NCBI GenBank assembly: GCA_964633225.1
Contig: CAZWFQ010000004.1
Location: 13,512-77,511, forward strand
DNA: 64,000 nt
Origin: an uncultured Anaerolineaceae bacterium
GTDB lineage: Bacteria; Chloroflexota; Anaerolineae; Anaerolineales; UBA4823
Reading direction: 5' to 3'
Both the position numbers and the translations under genes were made by a program. The notes beneath the pieces were generated by a model. It was not told the origin of the DNA, searched no databases, and saw only the letters and a list, made by a program, of their open reading frames with translations. Shown piece by piece: positions 7,623 to 16,786 of the stretch; the first letter of the stretch is position 1, and each line of letters begins with the position of its first letter.

Positions 7623-9557
7623 ATGACCACTGCCTCAAAAATTCCGGGCGTCTTCCGGCGTCCATCTACCATTAAACCTTCTATCAGTTGGCACTCCTGG
7701 ATGATCGGCCGCCCCCTGGCGAGCGCCGATGCCCCTCACCAAACCATTGGAAAACTGGTCGGCCTGGCTGTCTTCTCTTCTGATGCCCTCTCATCCGTGG
7801 CCTACGGCCCACAAGAAATTATGTTCGTGTTGGCCGCGGCTGGCGTCGGCGCCTTAAGTCTATCCCTGCCCATTGCCCTTGCCATCGTTGTTTTGCTATC
7901 CATCTTGACCTTTTCGTATGAACAGACCATTCATGCCTATCCGGGCGGCGGCGGAGCCTATATCGTGGCGCGTGACAACCTGGGCGAATTGCCCGCTCAA
8001 ATCGCCGCCTCTGCGCTGCTGACTGACTACGTCTTGACAGTCGCGGTTTCCATTTCCTCTGGCGTAGCCCAGATCGTCTCGGCCTTTCCAGACCTTTTTA
8101 CATACCGCGTGCTGATTGGCGTTGCCATGGTCATGCTGATCATGCTGATCAATCTACGCGGCGTCAAAGAGTCCGGCTCTATCTTTGCCGTGCCCACTTA
8201 CTTCTTCCTGGGCATTACCTTTATCACTGTCATCACCGGCATTATCCAATACCTCACCGGTAACCTCAATCTCATTGTTGACCCGCCCGCGCTCGAAACA
8301 ACCGTCTTACAGCCCTTGAGCGTTTTGCTGATCTTACGCGCCTTTGCCAATGGCACCGCATCAGTCACCGGTGTAGAAGCCATCTCAAATGGCATTCCTG
8401 CTTTCAAAGAACCACGCAGCCGCAATGCTGGCGTCACCCTCTTGTGGATGGCAGGCCTTTTAGGCTCCCTGCTGTTAAGCATTACCTTCCTGGCTATTCA
8501 TACCGGCTCCCTGCCCGCCGAATCAGAAACGGTGATCTCACAGATTGCCCGCACCATCTACGGCGGGCGCGGCCTGCTCTACCTGGCAGTCATCTCTGCC
8601 ACCACCATCATCCTGGTCATGGCAGCCAACACCGCCTACGCAGACTTTCCCCGCCTGGGAGCCCTGGTGGCTGCAGACGGCTTCTTACCGCGCCAGCTAA
8701 CCTTTCGCGGCAGCCGCCTGGTCTTCTCATACGGCATCATCTCTCTCGGGGTCATCTCCTCGCTGCTCATCATCATCTTTCGTGCCAGCGTCACCGGCCT
8801 CATCCCGCTGTATGCCATCGGCGTTTTTCTTTCTTTTACCTTGTCTCAGGCTGGCATGGCTCGCCGCTGGTGGAAATCTGGCCACCTCAAACCCGGAGAA
8901 GAGCGCGCTGAGGCTGGCTCCGTCGTGCGCCACGACAAGGGCTGGCTGCACAAAATGATCATCAACGGCTTCGGCTCCTTCTGCACCGCAGTGGTAACCA
9001 TCGTCTTCGCCGTCACCAAGTTCAAGGATGGCGCCTGGGTTGTCGTGCTGCTCACCCCCTTGCTGGTGGTTGGCTTTCTCGTCATCCATCATCACTACAA
9101 GAACCTGGCCCGCCAACTTTCGCTGACCAATTACGAGCCGCGTTCTACCATCCAGCGCAACCGGGTGATCATGCCCATCAGCGGCGTCCACCGCGGCACC
9201 CTGGAGGCCCTGCGCTTTGCCCGTACCATTTCAAACGATATCACGGTGGTCAATATCTCTTCTGACCCCGAAGAAGCCCAGCGCCTGGAGGCCAAGTGGC
9301 AGCAATGGGGCGATGGCATCCGCCTGGTGATCCTCGATTCGCCCTACCGCTTGATGATCGAACCGCTGCTTGATTACCTGGCAGAGATCACCAAGGTGCG
9401 CAAATCCAACGAAATGATCACCGTGGTGGTGCCGCATTTTGTGCCCAAGCACACCTGGACCAACCTGCTGCATACCCGCACCGCCAACCTCCTGCGCCAC
9501 GCCCTGCTGCACCGAGATGACATCGTGATCATGGAAGTGCCGTACCAGGTGAAATAG
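7623..9557 (+). CDS. APC-superfamily permease with ~150-aa cytoplasmic C-terminal domain (KimA-like architecture)
   Basis: About 12 predicted TM segments with APC-like 'SSDALSSVAYGPQEI' near the N-terminus, then a soluble C-terminal domain. SD AAGGAA lies 8 nt before the ATG at 7623; 7614 is an alternative start. Confidence 0.75.
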   Translation: MTTASKIPGVFRRPSTIKPSISWHSWMIGRPLASADAPHQTIGKLVGLAVFSSDALSSVAYGPQEIMFVLAAAGVGALSLSLPIALAIVVLLSILTFSYEQTIHAYPGGGGAYIVARDNLGELPAQIAASALLTDYVLTVAVSISSGVAQIVSAFPDLFTYRVLIGVAMVMLIMLINLRGVKESGSIFAVPTYFFLGITFITVITGIIQYLTGNLNLIVDPPALETTVLQPLSVLLILRAFANGTASVTGVEAISNGIPAFKEPRSRNAGVTLLWMAGLLGSLLLSITFLAIHTGSLPAESETVISQIARTIYGGRGLLYLAVISATTIILVMAANTAYADFPRLGALVAADGFLPRQLTFRGSRLVFSYGIISLGVISSLLIIIFRASVTGLIPLYAIGVFLSFTLSQAGMARRWWKSGHLKPGEERAEAGSVVRHDKGWLHKMIINGFGSFCTAVVTIVFAVTKFKDGAWVVVLLTPLLVVGFLVIHHHYKNLARQLSLTNYEPRSTIQRNRVIMPISGVHRGTLEALRFARTISNDITVVNISSDPEEAQRLEAKWQQWGDGIRLVILDSPYRLMIEPLLDYLAEITKVRKSNEMITVVVPHFVPKHTWTNLLHTRTANLLRHALLHRDDIVIMEVPYQVK

Positions 9558-9599
9558 ACATTTGCCCAAAGCCGCTAGAAGATACTATAATCACAGGTA

Positions 9600-11243
9600 A
9601 TGAAACAACCTGTCAAAGATCAATTCTCTACCCTTTTCACCAAATTGAAAGACACAATCCGCTGGGTGAAAGGCTACCGGCTTGGCCGTTTCTTGGGAAG
9701 CTTTGGTTTGGTGCTGCTGGTGACTGCGATTGGATTACCCCTGGAGATTTTTTTACACCCGGTCAACCTGGTGATGCTCTACCTGGCGGCGGTGGTGGTG
9801 ACGGCCCTTTATCTGGGCCGGTCTGCCGCCATCTTGGCCTCGCTTCTGAGCGTGCTGGCCTTTGACTATGTGTTTGTGGCACCGCGCTTTACCCTCAATG
9901 TATCAGATACCGAATACCTGGTCACCTTCTTGGGGCTTTTGGCCGTTGGATTGGTGATCAGCAACACCACCGCCGTGGTGCGAGAGCAGTTCCAGGCAGC
10001 CGAACAGCGCGAGCGCAACGCCACCGTCCTCAACTCCCTCAGCCGCGACCTGACCGTAGCTGTGGATCTGGATGAAATGCTGCAAGCCGTTCTGCGTCAC
10101 ATTGGGCAGACCTTCAAACGCGAAGTGGTGATCTGGCTGCCCCAAAACGAGCGGTTGGCTGTCCGGGCCGCCACACCCGGGTTTAATACCACGCCAACTG
10201 AAGAAGAGGCTGCCTCTTGGGCTTATGAAAACAACCAACCCGCCGGGCGAGGCACCGAAATCCTCGGCCAGGCGCGCGGCCGTTACCTGCCGCTCGAAAC
10301 CGCCCGCGGTGTGCTGGGAGTATTGGGAGTAGAACCATCAGAGAAAACCGCCCTTCTCACCGCAGAACAACGCCAGTTATTAGATAGCTTTGCCCGCCTG
10401 GCAGCCATGGCCATCGAACGCGCCAACCTGGCCGAACAAGCCAACCAGGCACTCATCCTGCGCCAGACCGAAAAATTACAATCGGCCCTCTTGAATTCCA
10501 TCTCGCACGATCTGCGCACCCCGTTGGCTTCCATCACCGGCATTCTCAGCACCTTGAGAGAGTCAGAACCGGGCCTACCCGAGAGCGGCCAGCCGGATTT
10601 GCAACTTGCCAACAACCTGGATCCCGTCACCCGCGCCGAACTGCTTGAAAGCGCCAGCGAAGAGGCTGCCCGCCTGAACCGGTTGGTAGGCAACTTACTG
10701 GATATGACCCGCCTGGAGGGCGGCGCGCTGCGCCTCTCAATCGATTTATGCGACGTGCGCGACCTGGTGGGGGCAGCCCTGGCCCAATTGGGCGACCGCC
10801 TCAGCCTGCATCCACTGCGCACAGCCATTCCACAGGATCTGCCTTTGGTGCCGATGGATTTTGTGCTCATGGTTCAGGTGCTCAGCAACTTGCTGGATAA
10901 TGCCGCCAAGTACTCCCCTCAAGGCGCCCCCATCGAAGTCACCGCCCAGATCATCGAACACCACAGCAAGCTGGCGGGGCCGGCAGTTGAGATGGCTGTG
11001 TTAGATCGCGGCATCGGCATCCCCCCAACCGACCTGAAACACGTTTTCGACAAATTCTACCGCGTCCGCCGCCCCGATGGCATACAGGGCACCGGCCTGG
11101 GGCTGTCAATCAGCCGCGGAATCGTAGAAGCACACGGTGGGCGCATCTGGGCCAGCCAGCGCGAGGCCGGTGGAACGATGATTGGCTTGGCTCTGCCACT
11201 GCACGCCTTACCCCCACTGCAGGAGACATCCAAAAATGGTTGA
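9600..11243 (+). CDS. KdpD-like sensor histidine kinase lacking the N-terminal KdpD/Usp sensor module (DUF4118-GAF-HisKA-HATPase)
   Basis: DUF4118-type membrane region ('NLVMLYLAAVVVTALYLGR...LAFDYVFVAPRFTL'), H-box 'SISHDLRTPLASI', N-box 'LSNLLDNAAKYSP', G-boxes 'DRGIGI' and 'GTGLGLSI'. Confidence 0.8.
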   Translation: MKQPVKDQFSTLFTKLKDTIRWVKGYRLGRFLGSFGLVLLVTAIGLPLEIFLHPVNLVMLYLAAVVVTALYLGRSAAILASLLSVLAFDYVFVAPRFTLNVSDTEYLVTFLGLLAVGLVISNTTAVVREQFQAAEQRERNATVLNSLSRDLTVAVDLDEMLQAVLRHIGQTFKREVVIWLPQNERLAVRAATPGFNTTPTEEEAASWAYENNQPAGRGTEILGQARGRYLPLETARGVLGVLGVEPSEKTALLTAEQRQLLDSFARLAAMAIERANLAEQANQALILRQTEKLQSALLNSISHDLRTPLASITGILSTLRESEPGLPESGQPDLQLANNLDPVTRAELLESASEEAARLNRLVGNLLDMTRLEGGALRLSIDLCDVRDLVGAALAQLGDRLSLHPLRTAIPQDLPLVPMDFVLMVQVLSNLLDNAAKYSPQGAPIEVTAQIIEHHSKLAGPAVEMAVLDRGIGIPPTDLKHVFDKFYRVRRPDGIQGTGLGLSISRGIVEAHGGRIWASQREAGGTMIGLALPLHALPPLQETSKNG

Positions 11244-11928
11244 GAATGGCTTACGCATCCTGGTTGTAGATGATGAACGCGCCATCCGGCGTTTCTTGAA
11301 GGCTTCCTTACAAGCGCACGGCCATCATGTCATCGAGGCTGCCAACGGCACCGAAGCCCTGGCGTCAGCAGCCGAGCAGCACCCCGACCTGCTCATCCTC
11401 GACCTGGGCCTGCCAGATATGGATGGAATTGAGATCACCCGCCGCCTGCGCGATTGGTCACGCATCCCCATCATCATCCTGTCAGTACGCGACCAGGAGA
11501 ACGAGAAAATCGCCGCTTTGGATGCCGGCGCCGATGACTACCTGACCAAGCCTTTTGGAATTGGTGAGCTGATGGCGCGGCTGCGTGTGGCCATGCGCCA
11601 TACCACCGCCGCGCAAGATGAGCCTGTTTACCAGTTCGAGACCCTGCAGGTAGACCTGGCGCACCGGCGGGTGACCCTGAACGGGCAGGAAGTGGCCCTG
11701 ACCCCCACCGAATATGACCTGCTGCGCCTGCTGGCAAAAAACGCCGGCCGCGTGCTGACCCACCATTACTTGCTGCGCGAAGTGTGGGGCGCAGCTTACC
11801 AAACAGAAACCCACTTGCTGCGGGTCAATATCAGCAACCTGCGCCACAAGATCGAGATAGACCCCGACCGGCCGCGTCTTATTCTCACCGAGCCCGGGGT
11901 AGGCTATCGCTTTCAGGCTAACGAGTAG
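11236..11928 (+). CDS. OmpR-family response regulator, KdpE-like
   Basis: 'ILVVDDERAIR', 'DLLILDLGLPDMDG', 'YLTKPF', and wHTH 'LTPTEYDLLRLLAKNAG...PGVGYRF'. The ATG overlaps the kinase stop (ATGGTTGA). Confidence 0.9.
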   Translation: MVENGLRILVVDDERAIRRFLKASLQAHGHHVIEAANGTEALASAAEQHPDLLILDLGLPDMDGIEITRRLRDWSRIPIIILSVRDQENEKIAALDAGADDYLTKPFGIGELMARLRVAMRHTTAAQDEPVYQFETLQVDLAHRRVTLNGQEVALTPTEYDLLRLLAKNAGRVLTHHYLLREVWGAAYQTETHLLRVNISNLRHKIEIDPDRPRLILTEPGVGYRFQANE

Positions 11929-11974
11929 TAGTTGTGTTACAATTGCCCCTCAAATTTTATCGTTGGAGAAATTT

Positions 11975-12169
11975 ATGAGCGACTCTATTCCCACCTGTAT
12001 CGTTTGCCAGCAAGATGACACCCACGTTCCCCTGCTCAGCTTCAGCTACCAGGGCGGGCAGCATTTCATTTGCCCCCAACATTTGCCCATCCTGATTCAC
12101 AAACCCGCCCAGCTAGCCGAACAACTGCCCGGGCTGGAAAAAATCAAGGTGTCTGAAGGCCACCACTAG
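11975..12169 (+). CDS. small hypothetical protein (64 aa) with Cys/His pairs
   Basis: GGAG lies 7 nt before the ATG. Contains 'CIVCQ...CPQH', a possible zinc knuckle. No family recognised. Confidence 0.5.
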   Translation: MSDSIPTCIVCQQDDTHVPLLSFSYQGGQHFICPQHLPILIHKPAQLAEQLPGLEKIKVSEGHH

Positions 12170-12176
12170 CCCGCAT

Positions 12177-12758
12177 CTATCCTTCGCGCGTTAACCAGCG
12201 ATCCAGGCCCCCCGGAGCGCGGTAAGTCGCCAAGAGATCCAGCAGGGTTTCGGGTTGGCTGGCGCTCACCAGCAAATCGCGGTGTTCAGCATACATAAAA
12301 CCTTCGCGGCGGGCATGTTCTACCAACTCCAGCAGCGGGTCGAAGTAGCTGCGCGCATTAAAGAGGCCAACCGGTTTCTGGTGCAGGCCAATCTGCGCCC
12401 AGGTCAACATCTCAAACAGTTCTTCAAAAGTGCCGTATCCGCCTGGCATGGCAACGAAAGCATCTGCCAACGCTTCCAGGCGGGCTTTACGCGTATGCAT
12501 GCTGTCCACCACTTCCAGGCGGGTCAATCGGCTGTGCATCAACTGGGGTGTGGCGAACAACTCGGGAATCACGCCCACCACCTCTCCACCCGCTTCCAGC
12601 GCGCCATCCGCCAGGGCACCCATCATGCCGGTACATCCGGCCCCATAAACAATGCCCAGGCCGCGTCCGGCAATCGCCCGGCCCATCTGGCGGGCCGCAT
12701 CCAGGTAAGCGGCATCCATTTTGTCTGAAGAACCGCAGTAAACACAAATCGTTCTCAA
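12177..12758 (-). CDS. LOG family protein (TIGR00730, nucleotide 5'-monophosphate nucleosidase-like)
   Basis: 'ICVYCGSS', 'GIVYGAGCTGMMGALADGA' and 'PGGYGTFEELFE' are LOG hallmarks. The start is uncertain: TTG at 12758 with GAGAGG upstream, or ATG at 12809, which would overlap the cyclase gene by 38 nt. Confidence 0.85.
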   Translation of the reverse strand: MRTICVYCGSSDKMDAAYLDAARQMGRAIAGRGLGIVYGAGCTGMMGALADGALEAGGEVVGVIPELFATPQLMHSRLTRLEVVDSMHTRKARLEALADAFVAMPGGYGTFEELFEMLTWAQIGLHQKPVGLFNARSYFDPLLELVEHARREGFMYAEHRDLLVSASQPETLLDLLATYRAPGGLDRWLTREG

Positions 12759-12771
12759 CACACACCTCTCA

Positions 12772-14589
12772 TCATAAACGCCAACGGAATAAGGTAAACG
12801 GCTGTTCAAAACCTTTCACCGCAGCCTGGAAAGTTTCTGGTATCACGCTGTTTTGCCCCAGCCAGTCAGCCGCCTCAGGGTCGCTCGAGACCGGCTCAGA
12901 GAGAATGACCTCGCCGCCTTCGGCCAGGCTGTGCAAGCGGGCGGCCAGGTTCACCGCAGAGCCAAAATAATCCAGGCGCTCATTCAGCGTCACCACAATG
13001 GCCGGGCCGGTATGGATGCCCACCTTGATCGCAAGCTGGGGTGTGCCCTCCAGGTCGCGGATAGCGGCGTGCGCCGCACGAATGGCCTTCAGGGCCGTCA
13101 CCGGTTGGCGGAAGACCGCCATCACCGCGTCGCCCATCGTCTTGACCACCGCCCCGCCCTCCGCAGCAATGGCCTCTTCCAACAGGTCAAAGTGCTGGCG
13201 CACGCGCCCAAAAGCCGGGGCATCGCCAATCTGGCGGTACATGCGGGTTGAGTCACGCAGGTCTGTGAACATCAGGGTTACGCTCTTGATCTCAATTTCA
13301 TCGCCGGCGCGCAGCACCTGGCGGGCAAAGAGATCACGAAAAACCTGCAAGGAGGTCACATCGGCTGCGGTAGCCGAATCATCGCGCCAAGCTGTGCGTT
13401 CCAACACCAACTGCTGGGCAAATTCTGTCTGGTTAGACAGGTGTAGGGTGGGGCGCGGCGCCAGGCGCAGCGCTGCCGATGGCCAATTGCCCACATCCAA
13501 GACCGCCTCAGCCATCCCATCCACCGCCACATCCACCGCCAGACTCTGCGAAGAGTTTAAGATTGACAGGTTATAGCGTCCCACATCCAGCACTGTTGGC
13601 ACAGATTTGGCTTCACCAGGTTCAAGATTTTCATTTACCAACGCATGGGGCACCGCTTGCGGCCCTGCCACACAAAAGAGCAGTTGGTCAGGGATCACCC
13701 GCACGGTGGAACTGGGGCGAAAAACCACCTCAACCTGGCGGTCAAAATCAACGCCGAAATCCACATTACAAAAATCGCAGTGCGTGCTGCGGTGCACCTC
13801 GCTCAACTGAGCATGGCTGGCGCCGGCCCCACGGCAGTACGGGCACAGCAGTTCCCAACGCAGGTCCAGCAAGCCGGCACGGGCCGCGCGCAAGAAGGTT
13901 TCCAGCGTCACCCGGCGCGGCACCTGCCAACAGTCAGCCAACTGGTAGGGGCGAATGCGCTGCAAAGCCAGGTCATCAGCACTTTCTAACAGCAGCATCA
14001 GGCGATCATAGACAGCCTGAGAAGGCGCATCTGGGGCCACCATCGTCCGCGCCGTTTCCATGCGCTGGCGGCCTCCCGGAGCATAATCGGCCATACCGGG
14101 CAGATCATACTGCGTGCCGCCGCTCTGGATCAAGGCGTCGTACAGGCGGAATACTTCCTCAAACCGTCGGGCACTGACCATACCAATCTGGATGCGGATT
14201 GCCAGGTGACCGAACAGGTTGGCGGGGCGTGCCCAAACCTGGTAGCTCAAGTGTGTGCCGCCGCCAGTCGCCTCGGCCATCTCAGCCTGGACGCGCATCT
14301 GGGCCAACGGCCCACGCCGGTAATAACGCGTCACGTTAAACCGGTATGGGAAGATCCACTCAAAGGGCGCCTCATCCCACTCCACTTGCTGGCCCAGGTA
14401 GGTAAAGCGCAGCCGGCGCATCCCTTCTGGCGCATCGGGCGGGCTGGGCAGTTGGGTGATGGGAGGCAGCCCGGTATCGTGGTTGAAACGGTTCGTATCG
14501 GCCACAAAAGGCCACAACGCCGCCGGGCTGGATTTCAAGTCTACTTGCCATGAATAGTGGTATTCGTGCGACATAACTGAATTATACAT
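12772..14589 (-). CDS. class III adenylate/guanylate cyclase with N-terminal SRPBCC-like and central Cys4 regions
   Basis: C-terminal CYC domain ('VTLMFTDLRDSTRMY...GGAVVKTMGDAVMAVF...IKVGIHTGPAIV...DYFGSAVNLAARL'). Central 'CPYCRG...CDFC'. Start is 14589 or 14574. Confidence 0.85.
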   Translation of the reverse strand: MYNSVMSHEYHYSWQVDLKSSPAALWPFVADTNRFNHDTGLPPITQLPSPPDAPEGMRRLRFTYLGQQVEWDEAPFEWIFPYRFNVTRYYRRGPLAQMRVQAEMAEATGGGTHLSYQVWARPANLFGHLAIRIQIGMVSARRFEEVFRLYDALIQSGGTQYDLPGMADYAPGGRQRMETARTMVAPDAPSQAVYDRLMLLLESADDLALQRIRPYQLADCWQVPRRVTLETFLRAARAGLLDLRWELLCPYCRGAGASHAQLSEVHRSTHCDFCNVDFGVDFDRQVEVVFRPSSTVRVIPDQLLFCVAGPQAVPHALVNENLEPGEAKSVPTVLDVGRYNLSILNSSQSLAVDVAVDGMAEAVLDVGNWPSAALRLAPRPTLHLSNQTEFAQQLVLERTAWRDDSATAADVTSLQVFRDLFARQVLRAGDEIEIKSVTLMFTDLRDSTRMYRQIGDAPAFGRVRQHFDLLEEAIAAEGGAVVKTMGDAVMAVFRQPVTALKAIRAAHAAIRDLEGTPQLAIKVGIHTGPAIVVTLNERLDYFGSAVNLAARLHSLAEGGEVILSEPVSSDPEAADWLGQNSVIPETFQAAVKGFEQPFTLFRWRL

Positions 14590-14670
14590 GATTGCTAAGA
14601 TAATCTGAGGTTTCCCCTTTGTAACGGTGGTATGATTGGGGCGCATTATTTTTTCATAAGGAGTCGATTT

Positions 14671-15588
14671 ATGCCTACTGTAGAATTAACCCATATCCGC
14701 AAAACCTTTGGCCCCGTTGTCGCCGTAGAAGATGTCTCGTTCAACGTAGAAAAAGGCGAGATCTTTGGCCTGCTGGGACCAAACGGCGCTGGCAAGACCA
14801 CCTCGATTCGCGTCTTACTGGATATCTTCAAGCCCGAAAAAGGCCACGTGGCTGTGCTGGGCGGCCCCATGACCGAGGCCAAGAAAGACCGCATTGGGTA
14901 CATGCCTGAAGACCGCGGCCTGTACCAGGATATCGAGCTGGAGCGCTGCCTGGTGTACCTTGGTTCACTGAAGGGCATGGAACCAGCCGAGGTGCGCCGC
15001 CGCATGGGCGAATATCTAGAACGCTTCGACCTGGCAGCCCACACGCACAAAAAGGTCAAAGAACTAAGCAAGGGTATGCAGCAGAAAGCCCAGATCATTG
15101 CCACCATCCTGCACCAGCCTGAGCTGCTGATCATCGACGAGCCCTTCAGCGGCCTGGACCCAATTAACACCCAGATGGTCAAAGACCTTCTGCTCGAGCT
15201 GCGAGGGCGGGGGGTTACACTCCTCATGTCTACCCACCAGATGAACCAGGTGGAAGAATTGTGTGACCGGATTGTGCTGATCGACCACGGCAAGGATGTC
15301 TTGTACGGCACCCTGGACGAGGTCCGCCGGCCCTTCACTGGCAACGCCGTGTTGGTACGCAGCGCATCTGGGGAGCTGCCCGTTATCCCCGGTGTGGCGC
15401 TGGTGGAAGGGCACAATGCCGCCCAACGCCTGACCCTACAGGAGGGCGTCACCCCCCAAGATGTGCTCAAAGCCTTGGTAGCACAGAATGTAGCCATCGA
15501 GCAGTTTGAGATCGCCGCCCCCACGCTGGACGAGATCTTCATCCAGGTCGTACAGAGCAGCGAAGCCAACGCGGAGGCGTCCCAATGA
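14671..15588 (+). CDS. ABC transporter ATP-binding protein (ABC-2/NatA-like)
   Basis: Walker A 'GPNGAGKTT', signature 'LSKGMQQK', Walker B 'LLIIDEPFSGLD'. SD AAGGAG lies before the ATG at 14671. Confidence 0.95.
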   Translation: MPTVELTHIRKTFGPVVAVEDVSFNVEKGEIFGLLGPNGAGKTTSIRVLLDIFKPEKGHVAVLGGPMTEAKKDRIGYMPEDRGLYQDIELERCLVYLGSLKGMEPAEVRRRMGEYLERFDLAAHTHKKVKELSKGMQQKAQIIATILHQPELLIIDEPFSGLDPINTQMVKDLLLELRGRGVTLLMSTHQMNQVEELCDRIVLIDHGKDVLYGTLDEVRRPFTGNAVLVRSASGELPVIPGVALVEGHNAAQRLTLQEGVTPQDVLKALVAQNVAIEQFEIAAPTLDEIFIQVVQSSEANAEASQ

Positions 15589-16784
15589 TTAAATTTTGGC
15601 GCGTGGCCTGGCATGAATACACCCGGCACGTGCTGCGCAAGCGTTTCTTGCTGGCGCTCTTGAGCGTGCCGTTGATCATTGGCCTGATGATCGGGATGGT
15701 CTTCTTTGTGGTCAGCCTGGAAATGTCAGACGAGCCGGTGGGGTATGTTGACGCATCAGGTCTATTGACAGATCCCCTACCGCCGCCAGAGGTTCAAGCC
15801 CCAGAACGTCAAATCTCTATGCAGCCTTTTGAGAGCGCTGAGGCAGCCGAGGCCGCGCTGCAAGCCGGCGAGGTCCAGGCCTATTTTGTCTTACCTGCCG
15901 ATTACTTGCAAACCGGCAAAGCCCAGGTGTTTTACGAGGGCAAGTTGAGAGAGTCGGTCACCGGCCAATTCTTCGATTTCCTATCCGTCAACTTGCTGCG
16001 CAGCCAGCCAGATGAGGTAGCTGCCCGCCTGGTGCAAGGTACGCTGGTCGTTGTGCGGGCCACTGAGTCGGGCCGCGAGGCATCCGATGACAGTTGGTTC
16101 AACGTACTTCTGCCCTTCTTCGCCGGGATTATCTTCATCATTGCCATGTCCACCAGTTCCGGTTACCTGACCCAGGCTGTGGTGGAAGAAAAAGAGAACC
16201 GCACCATGGAGATCGTGGTCACCTCGGTCTCACCCATGCAGCTTATGGGCGGCAAGATCATTGGCGATATCGCCATTGGCCTGACCCAGTTGATCATCTG
16301 GGGCATCTTCGTTGTCCTGGGCATCCTCATTGGCAGCCGGTATGTCAGTTGGCTGCAAGGGGTCAGCCTGCCGGGAAGCATGATCTTGCTGGCAGTAGTT
16401 GTGCTGATCCCTGCCTTTGTCATGTTCTGTGCCCTCACTGCGGCTTTGGGGGCCACCGTCACCGAGGGGCGCGAGGCCCAACAGGTGGTTGGGATCTTCA
16501 CCATGATCGTGTGGGCGCCTTACTTCTTCATTGCTATATTGATGGAACACACCAACAGCCCCTTGGCACTGGCGCTTAGTTTCTTCCCACTCACCGCACC
16601 ACTGACGCTCATCATGCGCGCCGGCTTCTCCGATATCCCGGCCTGGCAAGTGGCGCTCACATCAATCATCCTGGTGCTCTCAGCCATCGCGTCGCTGTGG
16701 CTGGCTGGACGCGCCTTCCGCTTGGGCATGCTGCGTTACGGCCAACGCCTGCGCCTGGCTGAGCTTTTCCGCCGGGGAGGTTAA
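15585..16784 (+). CDS. ABC-2 type transporter permease (NatB-like)
   Basis: N-terminal TM, a large extracytoplasmic loop, then a 5-TM ABC-2 bundle ('VEEKENRTMEIVVTSVSP'). 4-bp overlap with the ATPase gene. Confidence 0.85.
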   Translation: MIKFWRVAWHEYTRHVLRKRFLLALLSVPLIIGLMIGMVFFVVSLEMSDEPVGYVDASGLLTDPLPPPEVQAPERQISMQPFESAEAAEAALQAGEVQAYFVLPADYLQTGKAQVFYEGKLRESVTGQFFDFLSVNLLRSQPDEVAARLVQGTLVVVRATESGREASDDSWFNVLLPFFAGIIFIIAMSTSSGYLTQAVVEEKENRTMEIVVTSVSPMQLMGGKIIGDIAIGLTQLIIWGIFVVLGILIGSRYVSWLQGVSLPGSMILLAVVVLIPAFVMFCALTAALGATVTEGREAQQVVGIFTMIVWAPYFFIAILMEHTNSPLALALSFFPLTAPLTLIMRAGFSDIPAWQVALTSIILVLSAIASLWLAGRAFRLGMLRYGQRLRLAELFRRGG

Positions 16785-16786
16785 TC

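Noticed and set aside
14646-15629. 327-aa ORF on the minus strand
   Set aside because: It is antisense to the ABC ATPase gene, which has complete Walker A, signature and Walker B motifs. The translation is Ser/Arg/Pro-rich with no motifs.
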